Shown here: one piece after another, positions 39,166 through 49,555 of the stretch | Layout of the letters: every line of letters starts with the position of its first letter | Numbering within the stretch: position 1 is the stretch's first letter | Origin: an uncultured Fibrobacteraceae bacterium | Lineage (GTDB): Bacteria > Krumholzibacteriota > Krumholzibacteriia > LZORAL124-64-63 | DNA: 64,000 nt | Direction: 5' to 3' | Assembly: GCA_964524645.1 (NCBI GenBank) | Contig: CAZGEC010000002.1 | Coordinates: 93,076-157,075, forward strand | The notes under the pieces: model-generated | What the model was told of the DNA's origin: nothing | The model's database searches: none | What the model saw: only the letters and a program-made list of their open reading frames with translations | Position numbers and translations under genes: made by a program

Positions 39166-39771
39166 TCAGGTTCCGGAGCGCAGCCGCGGCCAGTAGCGGG
39201 GCAAGCCGGTTGCGTAGCGGTCCCAGGCCGCACCGTACTCGGTCCGCAGCCGGCGTTCCTCGAGCCGGGTGCCCACGTAGGTGTACACGAGGAAGACGCC
39301 CCGCCAGACGAGGTTCACGTCCGTCAGCGGGAGGCAGAAGACGAAGAACAGGTAGCTCCCGGCGTAGTAGGGATGGCGCATGTGGGCGAGGATGCCGCGC
39401 CGGGACAGCGGCGGGGGAGGCGTCGCCCTTCCTTGCCACCGGTCGCGGAGCTGGCGCAGCCCGAGGAAGTAGGCGTTGTCATAGACGCGGGCGCCCGCCA
39501 GGAACAGCAAGGCGGAGGCCCCTAGGCCCGCCCAGCGCACGATCTGCCAGGCGCCGTGCCAGGTGAACCAGCTCAGGGCGGGCAGGCTCCGCCACCAGAG
39601 GAGCAACCCGGCCAGGCTCAGGGTGCTGACCGCGACGTAGGCCAGCCGGGAGAAAGCCTGCGCGAGGCCGGAGGGACGCAGCAGCCGCCCCGGCCGCAGC
39701 AGGGTGATGAACCAGCTGTGCAGGAAGCACCAGGCGGCGGCCGCCAGGGCCACCCAGAGCAGGTCAAGCAT
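39166..39771 (-). CDS. Isoprenylcysteine carboxyl methyltransferase (ICMT/PEMT) family membrane methyltransferase
   Basis: RHPYYAG motif and four or five TM helices. Confidence 0.7.
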   Translation of the reverse strand: MLDLLWVALAAAAWCFLHSWFITLLRPGRLLRPSGLAQAFSRLAYVAVSTLSLAGLLLWWRSLPALSWFTWHGAWQIVRWAGLGASALLFLAGARVYDNAYFLGLRQLRDRWQGRATPPPPLSRRGILAHMRHPYYAGSYLFFVFCLPLTDVNLVWRGVFLVYTYVGTRLEERRLRTEYGAAWDRYATGLPRYWPRLRSGT

Positions 39772-40351
39772 CGTCCTCGCCGCTCGGATCGCACACCCCC
39801 GGGGGCAGGATGACCTCGCCGCGGACGCAGCGGGCGATCTCGAGCAGGGACACCGGGGCCTGGCGGTAGCAGAGATGGGAGCGGCAATGCGCCCGGCAGT
39901 CGCTGGCCCCGAAGCCCCGACAGGGATGGACGGCCCCCAGGGTGGCGACCACCAGCCGGTTGACAGCGCACTCCTCGGCCTGCTCGCGCGCCGGGACGCT
40001 CTGGGCGCCGACCGTCAGGGCCCCCGGCTCGATCTCGTCGTCCGGATCGGCGGCCGGGACGACCACGGCCCCGATGGTGTGACAGGCCGGATGGGTGGTC
40101 AGGTAGTCGATGTGCCAGCGGAGCTTCTTCTCGGGGCGGAAGTGCCGCTGCAGCCGCGCCTGCAGGTTGCGCAGGGCGCTGCCGGTGTAGACGTACCAGC
40201 CGGCCGGGAAGGTGAAGCTGCCGAGCGCGCCGATCTGCAGCTGCGCGGCGGCGGTCAGGCGCAGGAGCAGGGCGTACTGGCCGCTCTCCCACAGCCCGTC
40301 GGTCCGGGGCAGGGCTTTTCGCAGTGGCCGGTTGGATCTTTCGCTTCTCAT
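39764..40351 (-). CDS. DUF123 (GIY-YIG-like) domain protein
   Basis: YALLLRL....IGALG...F.AGWYVYTGSA....HWHIDYL-like motifs. Confidence 0.55.
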   Translation of the reverse strand: MRSERSNRPLRKALPRTDGLWESGQYALLLRLTAAAQLQIGALGSFTFPAGWYVYTGSALRNLQARLQRHFRPEKKLRWHIDYLTTHPACHTIGAVVVPAADPDDEIEPGALTVGAQSVPAREQAEECAVNRLVVATLGAVHPCRGFGASDCRAHCRSHLCYRQAPVSLLEIARCVRGEVILPPGVCDPSGEDDA

Positions 40352-40435
40352 GTTGCTCTGGCCTTCGCCGTCGTTCGCGACTGGCCCCTCCCTTCAAGAT
40401 AAGCACTTCGCGTGCCGGATCGCCGCTGCGGCGGC

Positions 40436-42373
40436 TCAGGGAGCGGTTTGCAGGCGGACCCGCACCTGGTTCTCCACGCCGCCGGCCGTCACCAGCTCCT
40501 GCACCGGCCGGCCCAGCGGAGCCGACGCGAAGCTGCGGCCGCGCCAGATCACCTGCGAGGCGGCCACGTCCACGGTCACGCCGCCCTCGTCGATCACGGT
40601 CTTGCGGCCGGCCGCGGCCTCGGCCGCATGGGCCTCGCGCAGGGCCGCGACGAGGCTCGGGCAGTCGAGGCAGATGAAGCCGTTGTTGAAGGCGTTGCGC
40701 AGGTAGGTCTGCGAGAAGCTGCCCGCGATCACCAGCTGGATTCCGGCCGCCTGCAGGGCCGTGGCGGCCTGCTCGCGGCTCGAGCCGGTGCCGAAGTTGA
40801 AGCCCCCGGCCAGCAGGTCGCCCGGTCGCAGCAGGCCTGCGAACCCGGGATCGTAGTTCTCCATGACGACCCGGGCCATCATCTCCGGCGTCATGTCGTC
40901 GCGGTAGGTGTAGTCCTTTCCGTAGATGCCGTCCGTGTTGAGGTTGTCCACCGGCAGCCAGAGCAGCCGGCCGGTGAAGTTCGCGGGGAAGCCGGGCAGG
41001 ATCTCCACCGCCGGGGCACCGCCGGAGGCCGCCGCGGTCTTCTGGAAGCTGCGGGCCGGCCGGGTCGCCGCGACCGGCTCCGGTCCGGTGATGTAGCCGG
41101 CCGCCGCCGAGGCGGCCACCACGGCGGGGCTGGCCAGGTAGCACCTGGCGTCGCGGCTGCCCATGCGTCCCTTGAAGTTGCGGTTGGTTGCCGAGATGCC
41201 CACCTCGCCGGCCTCCAGCAACCCGGTGCCCAGGCCGATGCAGGGCCCGCAGCCCGGGGGTAGGGGGTGCGCGCCGGCAGCCAGGAGCGTCTGCCAGGCG
41301 CCGGTCGCGCGCGCCGCCTCCTCCACCAGCCGGGACGCCGCGGCCACGTAGAGCTTCACCCCGGCCGCCACCTTCCGGCCCGCGAGCACCTGCGCGGCCG
41401 CCTGCAGATCCTCCAGCCGGCTGTTCACGCAGGAGACGAGGTAGGCCTTCTGGATGGGCAGGCGGCGCTTGCTCAGCTCGGCCAGCGGGGTCATGACCTG
41501 CACCGTGTCCGGGCCCGAGACGTGCGGGCTGACCTGGGCCAGGTCGAGCACGATCTCGGCGGCGTACGTGGCGCCATCGTCGGAGCGCGGCGGATCGGCC
41601 GCCCAGCGGTCGATCTGATCGGGGCTTGGACGCTCGGCCGCCTGCGCCCTCGCGCGCAGCCAGTCGCAGGTCGCCGCGTCCACCGGGAACCAGCCGACCA
41701 GCGCTCCCCACTCGGTGGTCATGTTGGCGATGCTGAGGCGTTCGTCCATACTCAGGGTGGCGATGCCGGGGCCGGCGAACTCGACGGCCGCGTTGAGCAC
41801 CTCGCCCTGGTTGTAGAGGCCGCAGAGGGTGATGATCACGTCCTTGCCGCTGGCTCCCCGGGGCAGCCGATCCTCGAGCACCACGCGCACCGTGGGCGGC
41901 ACTTGCCACCAGACGCGGCCGGTGGCCCAGAGCGCCGCGGCGTCGGTCCGCACCACGGGCGTGCCCAGGGCGCCCAGGGCGCCGTACATGTTGCTGTGGC
42001 TGTCGCTGGCCACCACGAAGCCGCCAGGACGCACGTGGCCCTCCTCGACCATGACCTGGTGGCCGATGCCGCGTCCGGCCGGGTAGAAGATCACGCCCTG
42101 CTCGCGGGCGAAATCCTCGATGGCCCGGTACTTGGCCAGGTTGATCTCGCCGGTGTCCTGGATGTTGTGGTCGAGGGTGAAGATCGGCTGCCGGGGGTCG
42201 TGCACGCGGCCGGCCCCCAGACCCCGGAACTTGCCCAGCACCGCCGAGGTGTTGTCGTGGGTCATCACGTGATCGGGGACCACGGTCACGAAATCGCCCG
42301 CGCGCACCTCGTGGCCCGCCGGCAGGTCCACGGCGTGGGCCTGGGTGATCTTCTCGATGACGGTCTGCGACAT
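40436..42373 (-). CDS. Aconitase-family dehydratase, fused large and small subunit (LeuC/LeuD or homoaconitase-like)
   Basis: Aconitase catalytic motifs SDSHSNMYG, GPCIGLG and SATNRNFKGR, plus a C-terminal swivel (LeuD-like) domain. Confidence 0.85.
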   Translation of the reverse strand: MSQTVIEKITQAHAVDLPAGHEVRAGDFVTVVPDHVMTHDNTSAVLGKFRGLGAGRVHDPRQPIFTLDHNIQDTGEINLAKYRAIEDFAREQGVIFYPAGRGIGHQVMVEEGHVRPGGFVVASDSHSNMYGALGALGTPVVRTDAAALWATGRVWWQVPPTVRVVLEDRLPRGASGKDVIITLCGLYNQGEVLNAAVEFAGPGIATLSMDERLSIANMTTEWGALVGWFPVDAATCDWLRARAQAAERPSPDQIDRWAADPPRSDDGATYAAEIVLDLAQVSPHVSGPDTVQVMTPLAELSKRRLPIQKAYLVSCVNSRLEDLQAAAQVLAGRKVAAGVKLYVAAASRLVEEAARATGAWQTLLAAGAHPLPPGCGPCIGLGTGLLEAGEVGISATNRNFKGRMGSRDARCYLASPAVVAASAAAGYITGPEPVAATRPARSFQKTAAASGGAPAVEILPGFPANFTGRLLWLPVDNLNTDGIYGKDYTYRDDMTPEMMARVVMENYDPGFAGLLRPGDLLAGGFNFGTGSSREQAATALQAAGIQLVIAGSFSQTYLRNAFNNGFICLDCPSLVAALREAHAAEAAAGRKTVIDEGGVTVDVAASQVIWRGRSFASAPLGRPVQELVTAGGVENQVRVRLQTAP

Positions 42374-42475
42374 CTCGCTTCCTCCGCGAAGGATCTCACT
42401 GGCCGGGTGCTCCGGCCGGCCTCAGAATTAAACGCCCCGGCAGGCCTCCGATCCAGCGGGAACTCTCTCCGGGCT

Positions 42476-43888
42476 TCAGGGCGCCGGCAACCGGTCGGCC
42501 ACGAGTCGCGCGGTCAGGTCGGCCGCGCGCGCCAGATCCGCCACCCCGGCCAGGGCCTGCTTCATCTCCGCCAGGCGGGCGGGGCTGCAGACCGGGCCGG
42601 CCAGCGCATCGAACTTGGTCTCCAGCTCCCCGTCGGTCAAAGGATTGCGGGGATCGCCCTTGGGATGGTCCAGCCGTTGGGTGAGCTCCCGGCCGTCGAT
42701 GGTGACGATGGTCACCACGGCCCGCTGGCGGTCGGGGAACACCCGCTCGATCTCCGGATCCGCCGTCACCTCGATCTTGGGGAGCTGCGCGCGGATGCGC
42801 GGATCGCGGATCCGCTCCAGCGTGAACTGCTCCGGCGTGACGCGGCGGTCCACCAGGGCCGCGGCGATGCAGTAGGGAAGGCTGTGATCGGCGGTCTCCT
42901 TGGTCCGCGGATCGTACTTGCTGGGATCGGCCAGGATGTCCGCGGCGCGGGCCAGGCTGCGGATGCGCACCTCGGCAACCTGCTCTGGCGCCAGGTCGTG
43001 CTGCCGCACCAGGTCCAGGGTCGCCGAGATGGGCGTGTGGGTCAGCGCCTCGGTGGGGAAGCTCTTCATGCTGCACTCGAGAATGCGCCAGCGGTCGCTG
43101 CCGCCCGGGCGCAGCCCCTGCGTGAGGATCTCGAAGCGCCACTCGGTCGGGAAGACGTGGGCGAAGCCCTCCTTGCCGTCCAGGACGTGCTCGGGACCGG
43201 TGTAGCCCTTCTCGGCCAGCAGGGCGGCCAGCACGCCGCTCTGCACGGCGAGGGGATCGACGGTGTTCTTCATCATGGTCAGCTTGCCGGCGGTGACCGC
43301 GCCGGTGGTGGCGTGGCGCGAGGCGCTGATGCCCATGGCGTGCTGGATCCGCCCGGCGTCCAGGCCCAGCAGGCGGCCGGCCACGAGGGGTGCGGCCACG
43401 GCGGTCAGGGTGGCGTGGTGCCAGCCGATCTCGCGGAGGCCCGGGAAGGAGACCTCGCAGAGCCGCTGCTCGATCTCGTGGCCCAGCACGATGCCGAGCA
43501 GCAGGTCGCCTCCCGATCCCCCCTGCCGCTCGACCACGGCCAGGGCGGCGGGGATCAGGTCGCTGGGATGGGACGGGTCCTGCTTCCAGTAGATGTCGTT
43601 GTAGTCCATGACCCGGATCAGGAGGCTGTTGGCCAGGGCCGCCGAGACCGGGTCGATGCGGCGGCCACTGCCCAGCACGGCGGCGGGGCCGGAGCCGGCG
43701 ATCTCCTCCAGGACCGCCAGCGCGATGCGGCCGTCGGGCTGGACCAGGCCGCCGAGGGCGCAACCCACCGAGTCGTAGAGGAAGCGCCGGGCGGCGGCCA
43801 CGACCTCCGGGGGCAGGTCCTCGTAGCGCAGGCCGGCGGCCCACTCGGCCAGCGCGCGGGTCACGAACGGGGAGCTGGGCGGCTCCAT
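42476..43888 (-). CDS. MmgE/PrpD family dehydratase
   Basis: Full-length MmgE/PrpD-like sequence. Confidence 0.8.
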   Translation of the reverse strand: MEPPSSPFVTRALAEWAAGLRYEDLPPEVVAAARRFLYDSVGCALGGLVQPDGRIALAVLEEIAGSGPAAVLGSGRRIDPVSAALANSLLIRVMDYNDIYWKQDPSHPSDLIPAALAVVERQGGSGGDLLLGIVLGHEIEQRLCEVSFPGLREIGWHHATLTAVAAPLVAGRLLGLDAGRIQHAMGISASRHATTGAVTAGKLTMMKNTVDPLAVQSGVLAALLAEKGYTGPEHVLDGKEGFAHVFPTEWRFEILTQGLRPGGSDRWRILECSMKSFPTEALTHTPISATLDLVRQHDLAPEQVAEVRIRSLARAADILADPSKYDPRTKETADHSLPYCIAAALVDRRVTPEQFTLERIRDPRIRAQLPKIEVTADPEIERVFPDRQRAVVTIVTIDGRELTQRLDHPKGDPRNPLTDGELETKFDALAGPVCSPARLAEMKQALAGVADLARAADLTARLVADRLPAP

Positions 43889-43928
43889 GGCGGATTCCTC
43901 CTGCTGCCTGCGGTCCCCGCTGGCCGGT

Positions 43929-44399
43929 TCAGATGGCCTCGCTGGTCGGGCCGGGATAATTGTCCGCGATGTATTCCTTGAGGTAACGGATCTCGACCTT
44001 CTGCTGCCTGATGATGGACTTGACGCAGTCGCCGATGGACACGACGCCCGCCAGGCGTTCCCCCTCCATGACCGGCAGGTGGCGGAAGCGCTGCTCGGTC
44101 ATGATGCTGAGGGCCTCCTCCACGGTGCTGTCCGGCTCGGCGTAGATCACCTTGCGGGTCATGATCTCCCGCACGGACGTGTTGCGCGAGGAGCGGCCCT
44201 TCAGGATGATCTGCCGCAGGTAGTCGCGCTCGCTGAGGATGCCGCAGACCTTCTGCTCACCTTCCTCCTGGCACGTCACGAGCAGCGCGCCGACATTGCG
44301 CGCGTCCATCAGACCAATGGCCTCGAACACGGTGGCCTCGCGGTCGATGGTGAAGACCGCCGATCCCTTCTTCTCGAGCAGCTCCTTGAGCGTCTTCAT
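43929..44399 (-). CDS. CBS-domain pair protein
   Basis: Two CBS motifs. Confidence 0.8.
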   Translation of the reverse strand: MKTLKELLEKKGSAVFTIDREATVFEAIGLMDARNVGALLVTCQEEGEQKVCGILSERDYLRQIILKGRSSRNTSVREIMTRKVIYAEPDSTVEEALSIMTEQRFRHLPVMEGERLAGVVSIGDCVKSIIRQQKVEIRYLKEYIADNYPGPTSEAI

Positions 44400-44459
44400 G
44401 TCGATCCTCCTCGACGGGTGTGCGGGGAGCTTCCGCGAGCGGCGCCTCTCCCGGCGTGT

Positions 44460-45842
44460 TCAGTCCCTGGCCAGGCTGACGGGCCGGGTGGTGGCCTGGG
44501 GCACCGTCACGGTCAGATGATGCAGCCAGGCCAGGAGCGAGACGGCGGAGGCCAACAGCAGGGCCCCGGTGGCCTGATGGGCCGTCGTCAGGATCAGGTC
44601 AGCGACCAGGGGAGCCTCGCCGGCGCGCTCGGCTCCCACGGCCACCATGGCGCCCAGGCCGAGCCCCACCTGCACGCCGGTCAGGACCAGCAGCAGGCGG
44701 CCGAAGCCGGGCAGCGGCGCGAGTTCGCGGTGCAGGAGCACGACCAGCACGCCCAGCGAGATCGCCAGGGCCACCACCACGGCGGCCATGGTGACGTGAA
44801 CGAGCAGGCCGCTGCTTTCGTGGCGCAGGACGGCCCCCAGCACCAGCTGCACCAGCAGGCCGGCCGCCAGCAGGCGCGCGAGGCTACGCTCCAGGCCGGC
44901 CGAGGTGGCGACCAGGGGCTCGGCGGTGAGCCGCCAGCGTCGCGAGGCGAAGACGGCCAGCAGGGTCATCACGGCGAAGAAGACCTGCCCGGTGATTCCG
45001 TGGATCACCGCCAGCAGGAGGTTGGGTGCGGTCTCGGCCGGCGAGGCGCTCATGGTGAAGCGGCCGGTGACCCGGAGCCCGCCCAGGATGCCCTGCAGCA
45101 CCACCAGCACGAGCGCCGCCACGGCCGTGCGCTTCAGCCAGCGGCGCGGGTCCGTCCGCAGCAGGTGGATCACCAGAGCGAGGGTGGTCAGGCCCACCAG
45201 CGAGCCCAGGAGGCGGTGGGCGTGCTCGTAGTAGATGCCGCCGGTCATGCGCGCCAGCGGGTAGAGGAACATGTTGTAGCCGTAAGAGTTGGGCCAGTCC
45301 ACCACGGCCAGGCCCGCCTCGTGGCTGGTGACGATGCCACCGGCGACCAGGAGCAGGAAGGTGGCGGCCGCCGCCACGCCCGCGAACGCCGCGGTCCAGT
45401 CCGGCGGCGAATCGTCCCTCCCCAGCACGCCCTCCGGCGCCCGCCCGCGCCGCAGTGTCTTGCCCACCAGCGCGCCGGCGGCTCCGAGCAGAGTGCTCGC
45501 CAGCAAGGCGCCGGGCAGCCACAAGAGCGTCGAGGGCACGAGGTGGTTGGGGCGATCGCCCGACAGCAGGCTGCCGAGAACGAGCAGGTTGACGAGGCCG
45601 GCCAGAAGGCCCACCGCCATCCCGCCACGGATGCCGCGCGTGGTCCAGGAACCCGCCAGCAGGCCGCCGCCGAACAGGCTGGCGAGCAGCAGGACGAGGA
45701 CCGACCAGGCCGGAGCGTTCAGCCCGGGGTAACGACAGACATAGCCGATGGCCCACATCGTCACCGTGGTTCCGAATCCTAGGGCGAGGATGTCCGCTCC
45801 GTGGACGCGAGGAGATTGCGGGGATACCGACTCTGGAGGCAT
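44460..45842 (-). CDS. ctaA: Heme A synthase (CtaA/COX15 family) with a roughly 130-residue N-terminal membrane extension
   Basis: VTSHEAGLAVVDWPNSYG. Conserved His in TM helices. RBS AAGGAG. Confidence 0.7.
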   Translation of the reverse strand: MPPESVSPQSPRVHGADILALGFGTTVTMWAIGYVCRYPGLNAPAWSVLVLLLASLFGGGLLAGSWTTRGIRGGMAVGLLAGLVNLLVLGSLLSGDRPNHLVPSTLLWLPGALLASTLLGAAGALVGKTLRRGRAPEGVLGRDDSPPDWTAAFAGVAAAATFLLLVAGGIVTSHEAGLAVVDWPNSYGYNMFLYPLARMTGGIYYEHAHRLLGSLVGLTTLALVIHLLRTDPRRWLKRTAVAALVLVVLQGILGGLRVTGRFTMSASPAETAPNLLLAVIHGITGQVFFAVMTLLAVFASRRWRLTAEPLVATSAGLERSLARLLAAGLLVQLVLGAVLRHESSGLLVHVTMAAVVVALAISLGVLVVLLHRELAPLPGFGRLLLVLTGVQVGLGLGAMVAVGAERAGEAPLVADLILTTAHQATGALLLASAVSLLAWLHHLTVTVPQATTRPVSLARD

Positions 45843-46071
45843 GCAGGGACTCCTTGCGAGGTGGCCTGCGCCGGGATGAGGCGGCGGACCGTCGTGGACT
45901 TGGTTATCTTGCCGGACCGTGCGGCGAGCCTCACGTTGCGGCCACGGAGGCAGGGGGCGGAACCGCGGACCCGGAGCACGGGCCCCATCCCGACGGTGGA
46001 TCGGGACCGGACTTCCCGATATGATAGAAGCGAAGGCGGCCTGACCGCTAACGACAAGATCGCGAGGGCTC

Positions 46072-47061
46072 ATGGACGTCCGCGCCCGCATCGACAGCTA
46101 CCTCGAGCTGGCCAAGGCTCGCCTGACCTCCCTGGTGCTCTTGACGACCCTCGTCGGCTACCTGCTGCCCGGTCGCGGCGACCACGGATCGGCCCACCTC
46201 CTGTGGACCCTGCTGGGCACCGCCCTGGCGGCCGGCGGGGCCAACGCGCTCAACCAGTGGCTGGAGGTGGAGCAGGACGCCCTCATGGAGCGGACCCGGG
46301 GACGCCCCCTGCCCTCCGGGCGGCTGACGCGCCGGCATGCCCTGCTCTGGGGTCTCGGTACCGCGACGGCCGGCGTGGCGCTGCTGCTGATCCTGGTGGG
46401 TCGGGTGCCGGCGGCCCTGGCCGCCAGCGTGGTCCTGCTCTACACGCTGGCCTACACGCCGCTGAAGCGACGGAGCACCCTCTGCACCCTGGTCGGGGCG
46501 ATCTGCGGCGCCATCCCGCCGATGATCGGCTGGTCCGCCGCCACAGGCGGTCTGGAGCTGGGGGCCTGGCTGCTGGCCGCCACCCTCTTCGTCTGGCAGA
46601 TGCCCCACTTCTTCGCCCTGGCCTGGATCTACCGCCGCGACTACGCCCGCGCCGGGTATCGCATGCTGCCGGTCGTGGATCCCGCGGGGCGCGCCACCTT
46701 CCCGTCGCTCCTGCTGTTCAGCCTGGCGCTGCTGCCGCTGGGCCTGACCGTCTTCCTGATGGGGCTGGCGGGGCCGATCTATGCCGCCGGATCGCTGCTG
46801 GCGGGCCTCTTCTGGTCGTGGTTCGGCCTCCAGCTCTACCGCGAGCACAGCGATCGGCGCGCCCGCAAGGTCTTCCTGGGCAGCCTGCTCTACCTGCCCC
46901 TGGTGCTGGGTCTGATGGTGGCCGACCGCGGGCCCCTGGTGGGGATGTCGTCAGGCTACGATCTGGCCCAAGGCCCGATCTCTCCGGTGTCGGCGGGGCC
47001 TGCGGCGGCAACGCCGCTTCCCGCGCGGTCCACGGCGGATCCGGCGGGCCTGGCGCCATGA
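46072..47061 (+). CDS. ctaB: Protoheme IX farnesyltransferase (heme O synthase)
   Basis: UbiA-fold motifs NQWLEVEQDALMERTRGRPLPSG. Nine TM helices. Confidence 0.9.
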   Translation: MDVRARIDSYLELAKARLTSLVLLTTLVGYLLPGRGDHGSAHLLWTLLGTALAAGGANALNQWLEVEQDALMERTRGRPLPSGRLTRRHALLWGLGTATAGVALLLILVGRVPAALAASVVLLYTLAYTPLKRRSTLCTLVGAICGAIPPMIGWSAATGGLELGAWLLAATLFVWQMPHFFALAWIYRRDYARAGYRMLPVVDPAGRATFPSLLLFSLALLPLGLTVFLMGLAGPIYAAGSLLAGLFWSWFGLQLYREHSDRRARKVFLGSLLYLPLVLGLMVADRGPLVGMSSGYDLAQGPISPVSAGPAAATPLPARSTADPAGLAP

Positions 47062-48155
47062 AGCTGCCGCCCGCAGGAGCTGCGCCCGGGACTCCGGCCG
47101 GCCGCCTGCGCAGCGTGGCCTGGATCCTGGGCCTGGCCCTGCTGATCAGCGCGGCCATGTTCGCGGTCCAGATCCTGCGGGCCCTGCGGGGTCCGCACGC
47201 GGTGCTGGTGGGCAACGGCCGGGACGTCGCCAGCTACGGTTTCGACCTGGACACCTGCCTCGTGCCGCGCGAGGTCCTCGTGGCGGCCGGCCTGCCCAAG
47301 GATGGTCTGGCCTCTCTCGATCGTCCCCCGCTGATGAGTGCGGCGGCCGTGGATTCACTCAACGCCGCCGAGCGCGGCAAGTACCTCGTCGCCGAAGACC
47401 GGGTGATCGGGCTGGAGCTGGGCGGGCTCGCCCGGGCCTACCCGCTGCGCGTTATGAACTGGCACGAGATCGCCAACGACACCCTCGGCGGGCGGCCCAT
47501 CGCGGTGACCTACAGCCCCTTGGCCGACGCCTGTGTCGCCTTCGACCGGCGGGTCGACGGCCGGGAGCTGGAGTTCGGGGTGAGCGGTCTGCTCCTGGAC
47601 TCGAACCTGCTGATGTACGATCGCCGCCCCGGCGGCGAGGGGGAGAGCCTCTGGAGCCAGCTCCAGGCCCGGGCGGTGACCGGGCCGGCCGCGGCGGCGG
47701 CACGCACCCTGGCCGTCCTGCCCGTCGCGGTGATCACCTGGCGGGAGTGGCGCGCTCTGCATCCCGGGACGACGGTGCCCTTTCCGGCGCCCGAGCGGCG
47801 GGACAGCTACAAGCGCGATCCCTACGGCAGCTACGGCGGCTCGGACCTGCTGCGCTTTCCCGTGCAGCCGGCCATCCCGTCGGGGGATCTGCGCAACAAG
47901 GATCACGTCGTCGCCGTGCCGCGGCCGGGCGGCTGGCTCACCATCGCCCTGAAGGACCTCGTGGTGAGGGCCGGCCCGGACGGCGAGCTGCTGCTGCCGC
48001 TGCCGGAACGGGGCCTGCGTATCCGCGTGAGCGAGTCGCCGCCCACCGTGCTTGTCCGGGATGCGGAGGACGGGCGCCCGCAGCCCTGCATCCTCAGCTT
48101 CTGGTTCGCCTGGCACGCCCTGCATCCGGACGACCGCCTGCTGGATCTGCTCTGA
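47058..48155 (+). CDS. DUF3179 family protein
   Basis: N-terminal TM helix. DUF3179-like core. Start overlaps the ctaB stop (ATGA). Confidence 0.7.
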   Translation: MKLPPAGAAPGTPAGRLRSVAWILGLALLISAAMFAVQILRALRGPHAVLVGNGRDVASYGFDLDTCLVPREVLVAAGLPKDGLASLDRPPLMSAAAVDSLNAAERGKYLVAEDRVIGLELGGLARAYPLRVMNWHEIANDTLGGRPIAVTYSPLADACVAFDRRVDGRELEFGVSGLLLDSNLLMYDRRPGGEGESLWSQLQARAVTGPAAAAARTLAVLPVAVITWREWRALHPGTTVPFPAPERRDSYKRDPYGSYGGSDLLRFPVQPAIPSGDLRNKDHVVAVPRPGGWLTIALKDLVVRAGPDGELLLPLPERGLRIRVSESPPTVLVRDAEDGRPQPCILSFWFAWHALHPDDRLLDLL

Positions 48156-48263
48156 GGGCCGGCGGTGCCTTTCCACACCGCTATTAGCAGATAATATTTA
48201 TCTTGGTTTTGGCTCCGGCAACGGCTAAGCTGCTCGCCTGGCGATCGACGCAAGGGGAATCTC

Positions 48264-49445
48264 ATGTCAGCTCCCGGTCGTTTTCTCCTGGTGGGCTTGC
48301 TCCTGGCAGCCGGGGCGCTGCTGGCCGGATGCAGCAGCCACGAATCGGACGATCAGGTGGTCGAGGGATCGCAGGTCAACGCCCGCGCCCTCAAGACCTT
48401 GCCCTACCTGGACTGGAATCCCATCGACCCGGCCTCGGCGAATGCCGACGGCGTGGTAAAATACGACGTGGAGAAGGCCAGTCCGGGGTACAACCTCTAC
48501 AACTCGCGGCCGCGGAGCCGCGCCGTGCTCATGGACATGGCCGGCCAGGAGGTCCACGCCTGGGAGCAGGACGTGCCGGGAGGCTGGCACCACATCGAGA
48601 TGGCAAGGGACGGCGCTCTCTACACCATCCTCGAGGACCGCTCGCTGTCCAAGCTGGACTGGGATTCGCATCTCCTCTGGTCGCTGTCCCTGCGCGCCCA
48701 CCACGACGTGGCCCTGGCGGACAACGGGGAAATCTACGTGCTCGTGCACAGCGACGAGGAGCTCGAGCTGGCCGGTCGCGAGCTGCCCATCATCGACGAT
48801 GACGTCCAGGTGCTGTCGTCCGACGGTCATCTGCTGCGGCACTACTCCATGGCCCGGCTCTTCGCGAACCGGCTCGGCGAGGGGACCGCGGCGGTGATCG
48901 AGAAGGCCCTGCACGAAGATGAGAGGGCGGCCAAGGTGCCGGGCGGCGCCTGCGATGTCTTCCGCGTCGACAGCATCGAGCTCGTACCCGGCGGTCTGCT
49001 CATCTCGGTCCGCGAGCTGGACATGATCGCCCTGGTCGATTTGGAGCAGGGGAAGCTGCTCTGGACCTGGGGCCCCGGACAGCTCGAGCAGCAACACCAG
49101 CCGACCATGACGGCCAGTGGGACCGTGCTCGTCTTCGATAACGGCACGCGCCGCGAGTACTCGCGGATCGTCGAGTATGCGCCCGATCGCGACGAAATCG
49201 TCTGGGAGTACACGCAGGGACCCGGCGGGAACTTCTACTCTTCCTCGCGGGGCGGCGTCGAAGGGCTGCCCAACGGCGACGTGCTGGTGACCGAGTCCAG
49301 CAAGGGGCACGTCTTCGAGGTCACGCGGGAGAGCGAGATCGTCTGGGAGTTCTACAATCCCGACCGCAGGAACGACGAGCGGGCGGCGATCTGCCGCCTG
49401 GCGCGCCTCGACGCCAAGATCGTCGAGCCGCTGCTGCAGCGCTGA
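48264..49445 (+). CDS. Arylsulfotransferase (ASST)-like beta-propeller lipoprotein
   Basis: Lipobox LLAGCSS. ASST-like repeats. Confidence 0.65.
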   Translation: MSAPGRFLLVGLLLAAGALLAGCSSHESDDQVVEGSQVNARALKTLPYLDWNPIDPASANADGVVKYDVEKASPGYNLYNSRPRSRAVLMDMAGQEVHAWEQDVPGGWHHIEMARDGALYTILEDRSLSKLDWDSHLLWSLSLRAHHDVALADNGEIYVLVHSDEELELAGRELPIIDDDVQVLSSDGHLLRHYSMARLFANRLGEGTAAVIEKALHEDERAAKVPGGACDVFRVDSIELVPGGLLISVRELDMIALVDLEQGKLLWTWGPGQLEQQHQPTMTASGTVLVFDNGTRREYSRIVEYAPDRDEIVWEYTQGPGGNFYSSSRGGVEGLPNGDVLVTESSKGHVFEVTRESEIVWEFYNPDRRNDERAAICRLARLDAKIVEPLLQR

Positions 49446-49474
49446 CCGGGAACGATCGGCGCGGGAGGCGAGAA

Positions 49475-49500
49475 GGCGGGTCACCGGCCGGCGACCCGCC
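49475..49500 (+). terminator. Hairpin GGCGGGTC-accggccggc-GACCCGCC between convergent genes
   Basis: 8-bp GC stem, then TTCGCTCTCG. Confidence 0.4.
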
Positions 49501-49555
49501 TTCGCTCTCGATGCCTCACGATCATTCGCGACCGATCAGCGCCCCGCGGCACGAT

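Noticed and set aside
39618-45782. ORFs 39618..41909(-) at 763 aa, 41267..43981(+) at 904 aa, and 43887..45782(+) at 631 aa
   Set aside because: They overlap the LeuCD, PrpD, CBS and CtaA genes. Translation is repetitive in Arg, Gly, Pro and Asp. Shadow ORFs.
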